From contig CAKROK010000001.1 in NCBI GenBank assembly GCA_934373295.1, forward strand, positions 19,030 to 83,029: 64,000 nt of DNA, written 5' to 3'. Positions within the stretch are counted from its first letter, which is position 1. Every line of letters begins with the position of its first letter. This DNA comes from an uncultured Christensenellaceae bacterium (GTDB lineage Bacteria > Bacillota > Clostridia > Christensenellales > Christensenellaceae). Position numbers and translations under genes: made by a program. Below the pieces are notes generated by a model. It made no database searches and had not been told where the DNA came from. It was given only the letters and a program-made list of their open reading frames with translations. Below, piece after piece: positions 63,583-64,000 of this stretch.

Positions 63583-64000
63583 TTAATAATTGGTTCTGCC
63601 CTCAAACGCCTTTAAAAGGGTTATCTCGTCCGTATACTCAAGCTCCCCGCCGACGGGCACGCCGTGGGCTATTCTCGTGACCTTTACGCCCGTGCCGTTT
63701 AGCAATCGGGATATATACACCGCGGTCGCCTCTCCCTGAACGTCGGGGTTCGTCGCGAGGACAATCTCCCTCACGCCGCCCTCACGCACGCGCGCTATCA
63801 GCTCCTTTATGCGGATATCGTCCGGGCCGATGCCGGAAAGCGGGGATATCGTCCCGCCCAAAACGTGATATACGCCCTTATATTCGCGCACGCGCTCAAA
63901 CGCCGCGACGTCCTTTGAATCCTTCACGACGCATATCAGGCTGTGGTCGCGCCTGTCGTCCGCGCATATGGGGCAGACCTCCCTATCCGTTATGCATCCG
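63583..64000 (-). CDS. recR: Recombination protein RecR; 5' end cut by the window edge
   Basis: It has the Toprim region VVKDSKDV...[10 protein letters not shown]...[13 protein letters not shown]. The reading frame stays open to nt 64000 and encodes the Zn-finger residues CPICAD. Confidence 0.9.
   Translation of the reverse strand, partial: GCITDREVCPICADDRRDHSLICVVKDSKDVAAFERVREYKGVYHVLGGTISPLSGIGPDDIRIKELIARVREGGVREIVLATNPDVQGEATAVYISRLLNGTGVKVTRIAHGVPVGGELEYTDEITLLKAFEGRTNY

Noticed and set aside
1-64000. I scanned by eye for CRISPR arrays, rRNA or tRNA genes, transposases, integrases and prophage modules.
   Set aside because: None were found. All intergenic gaps are under 400 nt and are accounted for by promoters, terminators, the T-box or the repeats listed. 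A covariance-model scan would be needed to exclude small ncRNAs.

Overview
This 64-kb window looks like chromosome from a spore-forming Clostridia-class Firmicute. The taxon is an inference from gpr, spoIIP, a T-box glyQS leader, Gram-positive RBS and promoter signals, and a GC content that looks moderate by eye. Coding density is high. Housekeeping blocks are uppS-frr-pyrH, lon-engB, hit-mtaB-rsmE-prmA, asnA, glyQS, a class B PBP, murI-spoIIP-gpr with divergent rpsT, and recR. Three accessory modules interrupt them. (1) 2.2-17.8 kb holds a class II Fic gene and two giant secreted multi-modular glycosidases (a GH2 of about 2097 aa and a GH36-like enzyme of about 1839 aa). The two share a 513-nt 3' direct repeat. 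They flank a membrane-anchored 698-aa protein. The GH2 gene is preceded by perfect -35 and -10 hexamers whose 19-nt spacer contains a G11 tract, so it is a candidate phase-variable promoter. (2) 27.8-35.7 kb is an 11-gene bacterial microcompartment (BMC) operon plus a GntR regulator. It encodes a DeoC-family aldolase, an acylating aldehyde dehydrogenase, a PduS-like Fe-S flavoprotein, 2 BMC-H, 1 PduT-like BMC-T and 4 BMC-P paralogs. One BMC-P is fused to a roughly 130-aa K/A/P/E-rich tail that carries an encapsulation-peptide-like helix. No phosphotransacylase or alcohol dehydrogenase is present. (3) 40.9-46.4 kb is a non-canonical Dlt-like esterification operon (adenylating ligase, Orn/DAP-decarboxylase-family PLP enzyme, carrier protein, MBOAT, SGNH protein), next to a MATE-MerR pair with a textbook 19-bp-spacer MerR promoter. 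I saw no rRNA, tRNA, CRISPR array, transposase or integrase. All function calls rest on motif recognition by eye in the supplied translations, with no database search. Intergenic coordinates are hand-counted and may be off by 1-2 nt.
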